DNA of 64,000 nucleotides from Sphagnum compactum (lineage: Eukaryota): assembly GCA_965153455.1 (NCBI GenBank), contig OZ234493.1:14684213-14748212 (forward strand), written 5' to 3'. Below are positions 1 to 12,300 of this stretch, one piece after another. The position numbers and the translations under genes are program-made. How positions within the stretch are numbered: position 1 is the first letter of the stretch; each line of letters begins with the position of its first letter. The notes under the pieces were generated by a model, which did no database searches, was not told where the DNA came from, and saw only the letters and a list, made by a program, of their open reading frames with translations.

Positions 1-27
1 TCACAAAAATACCATCATGCCACTTAC

Positions 28-272
28 CACAGTTAGCTCTTCCTCTAGCTCCAACACCTTCTTAGTGAGAGAGTCTCTGTCAGTTCGTAGACTCGCCACT
101 TGCCTCACCAATTTGTCATTCAAGTCATGTAGTGCTGCCACCTTCTGATCTTCTGTGAGTGGGCTCCGAGGAGTTCTGGGGCTCCTAGGAGTTCTAGGGG
201 AGCCCAGAGCCTCTTTACTGTCACCATTGATGGGCCTTGAATCCTGATGTGAAGGAGATACTGGTGGTTTCT
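28..272 (-). CDS. Internal coding exon of a spliced gene: Ser/Pro-rich linker followed by the start of a coiled coil (EKPPVSPSH...SPRTPRSPRTPRSP...KVAALHDLNDKLVRQVASLRTDRDSLTKKVLELEEELTV). The gene continues beyond position 1.
   Basis: Minus-strand acceptor tggagcAG at 274-273 and donor GTAAGT at 27-22. The 245-nt exon is open and phase-compatible with the upstream exon (TCA G|AG AAA = S-E-K). Heptad-like hydrophobic pattern. Confidence 0.85.
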
Positions 273-396
273 CTGCTCCAGAACCAACAAAAAAACAACT
301 TCTTGGGTCCAAGTCTTGGAATAATGCTGACTAAAGGACACAGTAATGTACATGTACAATTGAACAAAGCAGCTCATCTAAATGGGGAACAAAAAC

Positions 397-628
397 CTGA
401 TGTTTGTGGTGATGGGGGCTGTTCCCTTAATGCTTCATAAGAGAGTGGGCTTGGGGGCTGAGTATGCTCTCCACCTTCAGATTCCTGGTCTCCAGTCTCA
501 GACACATGATCCCCATTGTCCGAGCCAATGTCTCCATTACTCATGTGGTCATCACTTTCAATGTTTCCACTTGCTGTGGCCTTTTTCCTACTGGCATGAT
601 GCTTCTTGTGATGCTGGTGGACAGGCAT
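397..628 (-). CDS. Probable first coding exon of the same gene (MPVHQHHKKHHASRKKATASG...QPPSPQTS). The exon itself begins at 633.
   Basis: Acceptor ctttgcAG at 635-634, ATG at 628-626 and donor TCAG|GTTTTT at 396. Removing the 124-nt intron (273-396) joins the two ORF-track peptides in frame. The start codon is inferred; an upstream coding exon near 730-812 cannot be excluded. Confidence 0.75.
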
Positions 629-1349
629 GATGTCTGCAAAGAACATCATTGCAAGGTTATAACCACACCACAATTCACATGACAACACATCAAACATAGT
701 CCATCCAAACAGAGTTGAAAAGCACAAACAGAAGAAGAGATTCTGAAGACATGACTTGGATCATCAAGCTGCAACAATTCTTTCTGCTGTCTCTGCTCTG
801 GTTCCTTGATTCCTTCAGAAAACAACAACGCTTCCCATTTAGACAAAGGCTTGCATTTATGCACTCTGAATCCCAAAGTGAGATGTGATTGGCACATCTT
901 GATATTACTGCTGCTCAGAAAAGAAAGGAGCCACTATTGGAAAAGAAAAATTCCATGCACTGAAGGCAAATCTCCAGTGGCTAATGAAAAGTGGAGGAAG
1001 CCCTAAACTTCCTCCAGCTCATATCTAAAATGCTCCCAGAACCAAATTCTCCGAAAATACCAACCTTGTGTCTCCCTGACTTAGGGATTCTCTAATTTCT
1101 TGGAAAAATGTTGCATCATCTCAAAATTGGTCTAGCACTCTATATGTTTGTCTGCTTTGAAACAAAAAATTGCAGTCTCCTGGATACTAGAGGACAGACA
1201 AGCAGCCTTATTTCAAAATACATTAACTAGCAAACGTCACACATTCTACCACAGGGAAAGACATGCATCGTGGCCTCTTCTGCGCACTTTGATGGGAAAA
1301 TTTGGGTGAGGAGAAAAAATAAGCTGTATTGTTTGACATACAGCACTCT

Positions 1350-2340
1350 CGTGAGCATTCTATCACAACAGATCGTCTGGCTCAATCCCTGGAAGCCGGG
1401 AATTCGAGTAGACCCGAAGTTTTAGCACATGATCTGGGAAAATAAAGCTCACAACACGGAAACATTAAGAAATCAACGACGTCGATAACGATTACTTTGC
1501 ACAGCTCGAGGGGCGATTAATGCGGCAAGGTCGATAACACATCTCAACGACAAGCTAGAAGGTGAAAGTTCATGATCGTAGTCTCTTTTCATATCATATC
1601 TCTGACAGTGAGTCCACACTGGCAAGTGCCGTTGTCCTCAAGCCTGCTAACAAACAACAGCATTCCCGCTTCCAGAGTCTGGAACCCCGGGTAACTGTAC
1701 AAGCAGGATGGAAACCTAACATAGCGAAGCAAAAAAGAAAGAAAGAAAGAGAAAAAGGAAATGCTGCCGCCCGGCACGCACAGCGCGAAAGATCCAGACA
1801 AGCAATCCAAATCCAAATCCAAATGGAGATAGAATTCATACCGGAATGACGATGCAAAAATCTCCAAGCCGCAAGCTCGCAGATTTAAGCTTCAAAACAG
1901 ATGTAAGCTTCGGGCCTTCATGAGCCTCAAAACATCGCGTTGAGAAGAAAGACGCGACCAGTTCCCGCTGCACACACACACACACACACACACAAGAGAA
2001 CACACAAGGAGCAAATAGCGATGAGAAACTACGAGAGAGAAGTCGAATGAAAGAGCGCGAGGAGGAGAATGAAGAGAGAGCAGAACAAGACGCAGACCTG
2101 GAGAGTAACAGGCAGGATCGCGCGGGGAATGCCAAGAGGATGGCTGTGTTGGAGATGGCTGTGGTGGTGGTGGTGGTGCGCATCCAGGAAGAAAGGGGAG
2201 ACGAAAAGGCAGCCTATCAGTTTCTAGGGCTTTGTCTGGTTGCCCCAAATCTCGGGCCCTCGAAACGTATCAGGATCTGGATTTGACCCAGCCAACTTCC
2301 AGGTCCTCATTTACGACTATTATTAGTAGCCCTAAACGTT
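1350..2340 (-). promoter_or_regulatory. CpG-rich promoter, first (5'UTR) exon at ~2230-2098 and start of intron 1 of the minus-strand gene
   Basis: CpG is abundant here, unlike the rest of the window. The minus strand is pyrimidine-rich, with a donor-like CCAG|GTCTGC at 2098/2097 followed by TC- and GT-rich sequence typical of plant first introns. Confidence 0.6.
1971..1994. repeat. (CA)12 microsatellite
   Basis: Directly visible. Confidence 0.95.
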
Positions 2341-2656
2341 TGCAAATAGTAAGTAGGTAACCCCAATGGGAATTTTATTTGATTTTTGATTTTATTTTCT
2401 TGGCTCTGGCTTTGTCTTTAAGGGGATAGGGGTGGATATTACAGAAACATAAAGGATTTTGAAAGAATTTTTTTAAAAATAAATAAATTATGTCACTTCT
2501 CATCCAAGGTCACTGTTAATTATATGTCCTTTCTTCTGTTTATAATTTAATATAACTTTCTGTTCACAATTTTTGAAGCTTCTGATTGGCCCTCCCATTA
2601 TCTCTCACTATTGCGTAACCTCTTCCTCTTCTTTTTTTTTTTTTCCTGGCATACAT

Positions 2657-3006
2657 TGTCTGGACAGAGAATGGTTGTGAATTTTCATCCCCCGGAGAGG
2701 AGGGTTATATGTTTTTTGGTCCATCTACAAGAAGGTTATGAGACTTTTCATCCACTCACATGAGAGTTATGGAATAGCTTAGATTATGTCTGGTAATGAG
2801 CTCAAGGACACTAGAGCTATACTGGAAATAACTGTGACACACCCACGCCTCAGCTATTTCTCGTTACCAGCATCCTCTTGCTGGTTACCGAGTCCATAAT
2901 AATTAGATGTCTTTGTTAGGGATCATAATTTAACACTCACACCTTGGACCATTGTGTTGAGTGTGCCTGCAAACTTGCCTTACCAGAGACAATGGTCAGG
3001 GGTGCA
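2657..3006 (+). mobile_element. Candidate solo LTR (~350 bp)
   Basis: TG...CA ends with 5-bp flanks TACAT/CACAT (1 mismatch). The terminal inverted repeat is weak. Confidence 0.35.
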
Positions 3007-4932
3007 CACATTATATCATACATAACTAGTTTCGGTGTCGCATGTAGTCAAGTATTATTACAGCCTTTTTTTTTATAAAGGCAAGACACTTAACCATATC
3101 AGCTGTTAGTTTTAATTGAATCAACAATTGAGATACATGCTTGAAATTTGAATGGTTTGACTAAAATTTTAAATGCGCTGTGAAATAGGCCCGGGCAAAA
3201 CTTGTTATCACCAATGGAACATTGACTTGCCCTATCAGCCTCATCACATTCATGTGTGGAATAGGCCCATTCCATAAAACATAAAGCTTTGGAATTGTAG
3301 ATTACGTCATTTTCTTCATCAAATTATATATGACATAATCTTCTAATGATGATCATACACTCTTAATAGTCACCAAAAGATGTCTATTAATTGTCATTTT
3401 AATTGTTAAATTTGCACGCAAACCATAATGTTATGAAATTGTCTCACCCTTGGTCATTATTTTGGGCACATCACCTAATAAACTTGCTTGGTGCCTTACC
3501 AACATAATAGACTGAGGCTTGACCATTCCATGGAACATTTAGCTCTCATTTGGTTACACATTTTGAGGAATATTCACCAGGTTTTAATTCTGAACTATGA
3601 GTTCAATTTTTCTTGGAATTGCTAGGAACATTTCCTTGTTGATCTACATCTTGCTATAAAAAGGCAGATTACACAATTTATTTTATTTGGAAACATCACA
3701 TTGTTTCAAACATTTAGGAAATCATCTTCTTACATCTTTGATACTATTTAGGAGAAAAACTCATGCACATCAAACTTTCATAAGTATGGTCATCTTTGAG
3801 TAAGGTTTGTTAGAGACTTTTTTTTTGGGGCAAAGTTTTGGCAATGGGTCAACCAATAACTATGATTTCTAGGTTCTTAGCTTCTTATGGGCACTGAACA
3901 CAAAAGAATCTTAATCTTTGTTCTTCCTTTCTCCCTTGGGTGGGTGCTTTGTCTTATGAAGTTTACCAGGGTTTCATCAATCAAAGGTTAATACAGCCTA
4001 AGTTAAGCTTGAGAACACAATTAGGAGCAGAGAGATATCTATTATAAACTGCTGGTACTTATTGGTGGTTCTCAAATAAGCAAGGCTTGGTAAGCATCTC
4101 CAGCTGTGCCCCCCCCCCTATATCAGCATTCACAACTTCTGACATACGGTCTTAATTAGTCCCCTTTCCCCACTAGGGTTTTTATTTCAATTTTTTTGGT
4201 TCAATAGTTTGGAATTTTAAAACATTTTTTTCAAGTAGTTTACAATAGGAAAGAAAATACCTTTTTTTTTAATAAAAATGATCACAATGCTAAAATTTGT
4301 TTTAAAAAAGGCACTGTTTCTCACCCATTCTAATGAAAAAAGTGGATGATCTACAGCAAGAGAATATTTAAATCTCATCACCTAGACCAATCATTGTGAT
4401 TGATCAATAAAAAACAGTGAATTTTTTAAAGTGCAGATCTTTAAATTAACACAATTCGAGGTCTAGATCAATGACCTTTTTGGGCAAATTTTCAATACTT
4501 GGAGACACAAAAAAAATTGGAAAAATTTTTAATTTCTTTTTATCTAGCGTAGATTTCAAAAAAATATTATTTATGTTTTGGGAAAATTCTCCAAACTTTG
4601 GGAACCAAAAAAATGAATTTATAAAAAATATTAAAAAATTAAAAAATATTTTGAAAAAATAACACTGTGACATAGATAGTATAAAAAAGACAATTTCAAA
4701 CAATTTGACTCCACTTCTGTTATATTTGAGATGTGCAGGTGATTGTACTGCTGTGGGTGGAGACTGAAGACACTCTAAGTTAAGAGTTTCCAGTCGAATG
4801 TGATTGTTCCAAGAATTTTACCTCCATTGGGTCGGTGCCTCCTTTTTCACCCTTTGACCATGTCAATGAGAGTATCATCAACTCATCTTTTCGGTGGGCC
4901 AGTGAAGAGGTCAAAAGTGGGAGCAGCCAATA

Positions 4933-5316
4933 GAGATATCCGTAAAGTCAGGAAAAGACAGGGTGAGTACCCCGAGTTTTGGTCATACACAGGGTGAGAT
5001 TCCAAAAAAACCTGCAGAAAAATACATTAGCATTCAACTGGGGGGGGAGGGGGGGACTCAGAAAACTATCAATTGTGATGGTTTCCTGAGTTTCACCCTG
5101 TCTTTCTTTTTACCTGAGCGACTCCACTGCTGCTACACATAGATTTTCACTGCTCCTACCTGTACAGCTACTATGTGCATTAAACGTTGTGATTCAGCAT
5201 TTCACACTGAGTTTCAGCATTTCATACTGAGATTTTCTTACTTTACAGATATCACTAAAAGAGGGGTTAGGGGGTGAAAGACAGGGTGAAGACAGGGTGA
5301 ATTTACGGATTTTTAA
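4933..5316. mobile_element. MITE with imperfect TIR (GAGATATCCGTAAAGTCA / TGAATTTACGGATTTTTAA) and a repeated internal ACAGGGTGA motif
   Basis: Inverted ATCCGTAAA(G/T)TCA ends, AATA on both flanks, and ACAGGGTGA four times plus one inverted copy. Confidence 0.6.
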
Positions 5317-6100
5317 AATATTTATCCAAAGAAACAGATTTGTGTGGGGGTTGTAGGCACTGGGGAAGAAGCATCACCATAAACTTATGCAGATCATATG
5401 AGAAAAAATTTCAATCGCATAGAGCAGGTTTGGTGCTATGGTCGTGTTGTAGGGCCCAAAAGATATCCAGATCAAATGAAAGATAATTTAGGAAACCAAA
5501 CACAAATCGCACCAAACAAAGACTTTATATGAACACCAGATTACAAGAGGTTGCAATAGATTGGGCGGATGTTGCATAAAGCAGTGGTGAGATTTCCTAG
5601 TGTTATCTGGAGGGCATCTTATACACCCAAAGATCTGCTCTGATTTTTTGAGTGTGATGAGAGGGCACCTTACCCAAGGTATGTTTTCCTTTGCTGTTTG
5701 TGGGGGGGGGGGGGGGAGGGCGCAAGGGGTTTGGAAAATAGAACACCCCCTCCTAGGGCATTCCATTTTTCAAAGTGCCTTACGTTCTTTCTTGTGATAC
5801 CCAATGAGAATTTTTTAAAAACATAATCAGAGCATGTCTTTGTGTTTGGTAAAGCTCTCCAGTTTTATCAGAATCATTCTCAGCTCTACCTCATAGGGGT
5901 CCTTATTCTGACACAACCTGTATCTGGGGCTTTACTCTACCTATTCATAATGCCTTACACCTTAAACATCAGGGTAGCCCTATGAGGGCTAACTTTCAGT
6001 GTATTTTTGTATTTATATGACCTTGAGAGGTTAAGGTGCCTCTCGCTTCTACCAACTCATGATCCACCTATGTTCAAGATTATGATAATGCTCCCTGCAT

Positions 6101-7004
6101 GTGTAAAGCACTTCAAGGAATTTCCCAAGTTTATTTTGAGGGCACCTTATATCCATCAATATCCCTCCTAGATAAAAAGAGGGATATTATGACTACTCCT
6201 TAAGAGTGGGTTGGATCTTACAACTACAAGGTGTAAGATCCATCCCAATTTTAAGGAAGACGTGTAAGAACCCAAAATGTCCAGACTTAGGTATTACCTC
6301 GTTCTGGGGCCCTTAGTTTGGGAACACCCACCCTCAGGCTTTACCTTATATGTCCCTTATTTTTGGGCATGCCCCCACCCCAGGGCTGTACACTACACTT
6401 AATAAATGGGTGAGTGCCAGACTCCACTATGGCCTCATTATAGGCCCCTTATTTCAGGAATGTCCTCACCCTGGAGACTGGGGACCTACATTACACGGCC
6501 CTTCATGAGTCTAGACATACCACCTTTCGAGAATGTTCCCAACCCCGGGGGCTTTACCGATCATAAAACACAGGACAAAGCAAAACACTATCATCAACCT
6601 ATAAACATACTCAGATCATGATGTCTAGAGTTCTTATGCCAACTTATAGGCATAAAGGTGCATTCACACTTGGTGTTAGGGACTCTAGTGTTGAGTTGCC
6701 AAACACCATGCTAGTCATTTAGTACTTACACCTACTTACCATGAACATTTTTTAGTTAAGTTAAGATTCACTTAACATTAAGCTATCACCCATTTAACAA
6801 TGGGTGCCACCTAGGATGCCACCTAGATTTTCATCAAACATTGACTTAACATCAAGTGTGAATGCACCATAAGATATATTGTATAAAATCCATCCCACTC
6901 TTAATGAGTAGGCATAAGATCTCTCTTCGTTTCTAGTCAAGGGATATTCACACATATAAGGTGCCCTCCAAATATTCTAGGACATTTCTCCCAATGCTTT
7001 ACAC
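6101..7004. mobile_element. Non-autonomous DNA element with long (~125 bp) degenerate terminal inverted repeats
   Basis: 6101-6225 (GTGTAAAGCA...GAGGGCACCTTATAT...TTAAGAGTGGGTTGGAT) aligns with the reverse complement of ~6882-7004. Confidence 0.65.
6656..6869. mobile_element. PIF/Harbinger (Tourist-like) MITE nested in the long-TIR element
   Basis: TIR GGTGCATTCACACTTGRTGTTA at both ends with TAA on both flanks. Confidence 0.85.
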
Positions 7005-7960
7005 TAAAAAATGTAATGTAAAAATTTAAAAGATTAAAATCAGAAACAAATTTGTTGTTTGCACAAAATCAGAATTACATGCCATTTTTGGTTTCATATT
7101 TGTTTTCAGAATGCTATCCTATAATCTTAATGGCCAAACAACACCCAATAGTGGTGTAGAACTGTGTCATTGTATCGACCTAACTATATTATGGCGCCTT
7201 CCAAGGTGGAATACGACGGGTTATGTGAGATATGCATCTTAAACATAGGGTTATGCATCTCAAGGGGCCTCATAGTTTGTAAGGTGTCTCCACTTATTTA
7301 TCCATGTTGCTTTGTAAAATTTACTCGGATCTTTAGTCTCTCAAAAATAAAAGGTTTTCCTGGCGAGTTTTCCCCAAATTCAAGCCCCAAGCTTTCAATT
7401 GCGGCCTTGTGCAACTCAAAATCAAGGCAAGTGGTAAAGTGTGAATGGGGAGGCTTATGGCATGGTGGAACTTTTGACCTAGACATGATGACGAATGATG
7501 TTTGTGCCAACCTTTTGTGTAGGGTAAAATTTCAAGAACAAGGTTTTGGGGAAATAAAGGATCCATGCCCTAAAATGAAAGCCAAGAAAGGTCCCATATT
7601 TTCACACAATCCCTCCCCAAGGGCATTACATAGCATAAAGATAGAGCGAGGGTTGTAAAAGAAATACAAGTAGATTAAGGGGATAAGGAGGTGTGTGACC
7701 TAAGAGGAGAATTAAAAGGGAAATTGGTATCTTCAGTTATTTTCAAGAGTTGCATCACAATATGTTTCTATGATCTTCCACTCACCTATTATTTGTATTA
7801 TGTTCATTCAAATAGTTGAGGTGTTTATGTAAAAATTGAAACAATTAAAGGTTGGTGGGAGACGATGAAAGTCTTTAACATTGGCATATTTGCCAAGTTT
7901 TAAAAATCGATTGATGTTTGGAAAAATCCATTGTGTCATAAATTTTGTATGTTCATGTGT

Positions 7961-10166
7961 GGGCCATTTCAGGAGCACCTATCCCCCATCATCTATCCCC
8001 CCATTAGTTTGGAGTATCAACCCTTGAAGACTGTGAAACCATCCCTTTTGGCATCCAAGCTCTCCTTGACCTACACCTTAATTGGGCTATGATGCAGGTC
8101 GACATTGAAAACACTTTTAATAACGTTTTTCGAGCTACTATTTTTAAAGAGTTTTGTGATGCCGAGGGGCCTTTGACAAACATTGTCCTTTTTACTAGGT
8201 TCTTTTATGGTGCTTATTCTTCTTTTTACTGCCAACATGGGCACCATATGGAAGGGGTCACCATTATCAAGTCATCTTCAAGCATGAGATAGGGTGACCC
8301 CCTAAGAGGTCCTTTATTTGTTTTGGCCCATTTTGAGCTCTTCTAAAAACCATTACACGGGCCCCCAACTATGTCTTTCCATCCCTATCGAATGATACCC
8401 ACATCGTGGGGCCTATGACGGAAATTACTTAAGCCTTGACCACCTTTCGACCCAATTAGCCCTAGTTGGGCTTAGGGTCAAAATGTCAAAGTGCAAGCTT
8501 TGGAGTCCATAAAGGTTCTCTCCAAACATAAAAAAAATTTAGGGTTACATTTTGGTCATAGATGGCTTATGCATTTTGGGTGTGCCAGTGGGTTCTCAGG
8601 ACTTTGTCACACATTTTTTAAATGAGGTTTTACCTTAAGACGTGGTGCATATCGATGATCTTCCTCTCCTGGGAAACGCCTAGGTTGTTTTGGGCATTTT
8701 CTTTTCATGTGTAGTTCATCGACTTTCTTATCTCACATGGACAATACCTCTCTCTTCTTATTTCGTGTCTCTTTTGGTGGGTTTCAACAAGAGAGTTATG
8801 TAGATATGTGAGGACATTATGGGTTCAAAATCATGAGAATCTTTTCAGGGCCCTTTAGTGAGGCGTCAGGCTCGATTACCAATATCCGTTGGTGGTATAG
8901 GCTTTATTTCTATGGAAGATTGAGCATTTACTTTTCTAAGGAGTTAGGCTTTACTAGCTCCGTATTTATGCTTTAAGTTTTGTATTTTCAATAAACTTGT
9001 TTTGGAGGGGTATGTTTCTCAGGTTGAGGGGGGCCCACACCTACTTTAGTCATGCTTATGTGTTGTGTGAAATGGCCTTCCTCTTGCAACTGAGGAGATG
9101 TAACCTTTTTTTGAAAGTTTGGCAGTTACTAGCACCCCAAGTTTACATCTTTGATGGACATCCAGCACGACACATCCCTTAGGTCTATCTTGGAAGATGA
9201 TTCCATTTCCTTAGCATCCAGAACCCGCATTTGTTCTTTTTCGGGCAAGGGGTAGGGCTATGGTTGGTTGCTAGGCCATCTATTCATTTGTTTTGCATCG
9301 CACATTCTACTTTTACCTCAGCATTGTGTTTTCATCTTGGTTAGATTCAACTTTTAACATTTAGTTTTCTCATGTGTGAGTGTGGACATAGGTTGGACAC
9401 ATTTGCACGCATTTAGCTTGTTATTCATTTGAAGCTCAATAGATAACCATACATGACGCCATCCAAAACATCATGTATGCCTTCGTTTGAAAGAATGGGC
9501 ACACTGTATGGAAAGAATGGTGGTACACCTTTATGTCAGGAATTTCATTATAAGTCGATCTCTACATGACCCAAGAAGACCAAGTCTTTGTTGTCGATGT
9601 GATGGTTATAGATTCAATGCAAAAAATGATGGCTTCACGTTTCATTAATCAACTAGTAGGTGCAACTACGGGACTTAACACCATTACTAAGATTCGCAAG
9701 TATAAAGGGTTTCATGAAGGGCACCACTTTATTTTAATGGCCATGGAGGTGCACAACACACTCGGGCGTGATATGGATTGTTTCATTAGGGAATGTGCCC
9801 ATCTTTTCCATGATAGACAATTAGGAGGTCATTTATCCTTATCTTTTTGCATTCAATTTTTCATGCAGCGTGTTAGTATTGCTTTTCAACGTGCTTTAAC
9901 CTCTGTTATAGAAAGGAAGCTTTGCATTAGTGGGTGATGTTTATTCCAAACCTCCCATTACTATTAGATCTCATGATTTACATACAAGTGACACTAGAAG
10001 GGCTATGGGTGAAATAGTTTCCTACACGAGAAAGACTAATTCTTTCCTTTTTTTTAGTTCTTGCAGGTTGTGTGTCTTTTAGCCTTTTTTTGGCCTTCCT
10101 TTTTTGTCTCCTTTGTGACAGTTTCTAGCGATTGATCTTTTATTGGATTTATTTATTTATTTATTT
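7961..10166 (+). mobile_element. 5'-truncated, decayed CRE-like non-LTR retrotransposon (RT, CCHC zinc knuckle, restriction-like endonuclease)
   Basis: Across stops and frameshifts it reads QVDIENTFNNV (RT motif with the first catalytic D), (Q)GDPL.GPLF, PSLSNDTHIVGP (decayed YxDD position), LGLRVKMSKC, ILGVPVGS, RLPISVGGIG, CECGH...H...HD, and DL...VVDV...KIRKY...FILMAMEVHNTLG. It ends in a (TTTA)n tail. Confidence 0.85.
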
Positions 10167-11649
10167 GTTGCTTAGGTCTATCTTTTAAAACATGTTAGTG
10201 CTATCCAATAGAAGAAATCTCCCAAAATGTAATGAATGCATTTACAATTATGTGTAATTAATTGTCATTTACAACTAATTTGCATTTTTTACCATTCTTG
10301 TAACTGTGTTACAATTATATTTGTGACTAATAACTTTTTCATTCTACACTTTACAAATTTTTTAATTCATGATTATGCCCATATGTCTTATTAGTTGCAA
10401 ATGGAATCAAATTTAGTACACCATTAAAGTGTCAACATAACCCTTAATGCTATATATAGATGTGTTGGGAAATTTTTGAAAAACATTTATACTTTTGTTA
10501 AGTTATATTAGAAATATAATGAGGGTATGTTTTCATTGGTGTATTTATAAGCTTTTATTTAATTATTATTTGAATAAATTGACTACTTATTTATATATGT
10601 TTAATTACCTACTAAGCTTAGGCTACCAACTTATATACTTATATGTTTATTGACTTAGGTTACCTACTTATTTAACATAAGTTACCTACTTATTAATTTA
10701 TTAATGATAAATTAATTACATTAATTTTAGATTCATTGATAACTAATAGAAGTAATATTTATTATTTATTAATTACTAATTATTCAATATCTAAGTTATT
10801 TATTTGTTTTTATACGAACTATTAATCAATAATTTGTAACTAACTCATTTAGTTAGTAAATTATTAATTAGCTAGTAATTAATTATTATTATTTTAAAAA
10901 CATTAATGAAAATTTATGATTAATTTAATTAATTAATTAATTTAAATTATTTATTATTTAATAATTTATAACATATATGCTAGTGAGTTTTTTTAGATAT
11001 TTATTACTAATTATGTATTATTTTGATTATTTATTTGACTATTTAAATAAATTTAGTGAAAATTGATAACTTATAATTACTAAGTTAATTAGTTAATTAT
11101 TACTTAGATATTATTAATTGGTTAATATTTTAGTAAATTTAGAATTTATTAATAAAATACTATAACTATTAATTTGGTTAATTAGTTATTATTTCAGTCA
11201 TTTATTTTTTATTTGTGAATTATGAATTTATAATTTATAACTTAATTAGAATCTTGTTTCATCTCCTAAATGTTTTTTGCAATAGCTCAATTTTATTGGT
11301 AGATTATTTTAAGTCCACCTCTTTTTTCCACCTTTCACTCAAGGTAGAATTTTCTTATTCTACCCTTTGTGCATGTATTTTGCTAACCTTTGCACTTTAT
11401 CAACCTTGCTAATAGAAAGCCAAGGAAGAATTTATAGTAAATTTCTAGTACTTCTAGGTTTTCATTTGGCAACTTGATTCACTAACTTCCAATAGGCTTG
11501 TTAGTAGGTCATCTAGTTTTATAAGGTCCTTAGTCAAAAAACATCTATGCACCTATAGTCTTGTTTTGTTATCATGTTCTTTTGATACATGTCTTCATTT
11601 GAATCCTCATTTATTAATTTAGGTAGTTGCAATGTAGGGTCCATGAATA

Positions 11650-12300
11650 ACTAGTTCCTTGATAAAATGTCCATTGTCTAGGCATGGCCAAATTTTGGTT
11701 CCTTACCAAGTTCATCTTGCTTCAATTATTTGCATGTCAAAAGATCATGTGACATGCTATATAGGTTATTGAAAACAACTATCAACCAATTGATCTACTT
11801 CCACTAATTTGCCATTGCAACAATAAGCCTGAACTTTTTGCTCACACATGTTCGTCAACTCCCCTTGAACCAAATTGCTTGGATGAACATCAACATTCAA
11901 GTGGCATATGTGCCCTTCAGCTAGGAAAGGCTTTCCACCCTTCTTTATGCACAATCACATCTAAAACCACCATCATTGTACACATCAAATTGTTGCACCA
12001 TTTATTTGTTTGATCAATGGAGGCTTGTCGATTCTAATTTGTGGCAAACACAACATCTTCCCTACCACTTGTTTAGTAATGAACATCTAAACACCTCCAC
12101 TACCAATTCTATAATTTTTGAGTTGAACTAAACTATAAATTACAAAACCTCCTTAATAAGAGGATGTTTGGGCCCTAACAACACACAAGTATCCCATTTT
12201 GCTTGACCCACTTGATATCCTTGCTAGCTACCCATATATGGAACTTGTCCAATTCATGGAAAACAAGTTTCCCTTCCCTAGAAAAATCACTACCACTTTT
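11650..12300 (-). pseudogene. Decayed transposon-associated ORF (REGKLVFHELDKFHIW...MFITKQVVGKMLCLP...MLMFIQAIWFKG...INWLIVVFNNLY)
   Basis: Protein-like translation through several stops and frameshifts. It loosely resembles 'putative plant transposon protein' domains (inference). Confidence 0.35.

Noticed and set aside
1562..2286. Several overlapping 80-118 aa ORFs
   Set aside because: Low-complexity GC-rich promoter/UTR/intron sequence with microsatellites; no coherent protein
7164..7658. 164-aa plus-strand ORF as a gene
   Set aside because: GTG start and no recognisable motifs; probably the antisense shadow of the minus-strand relic
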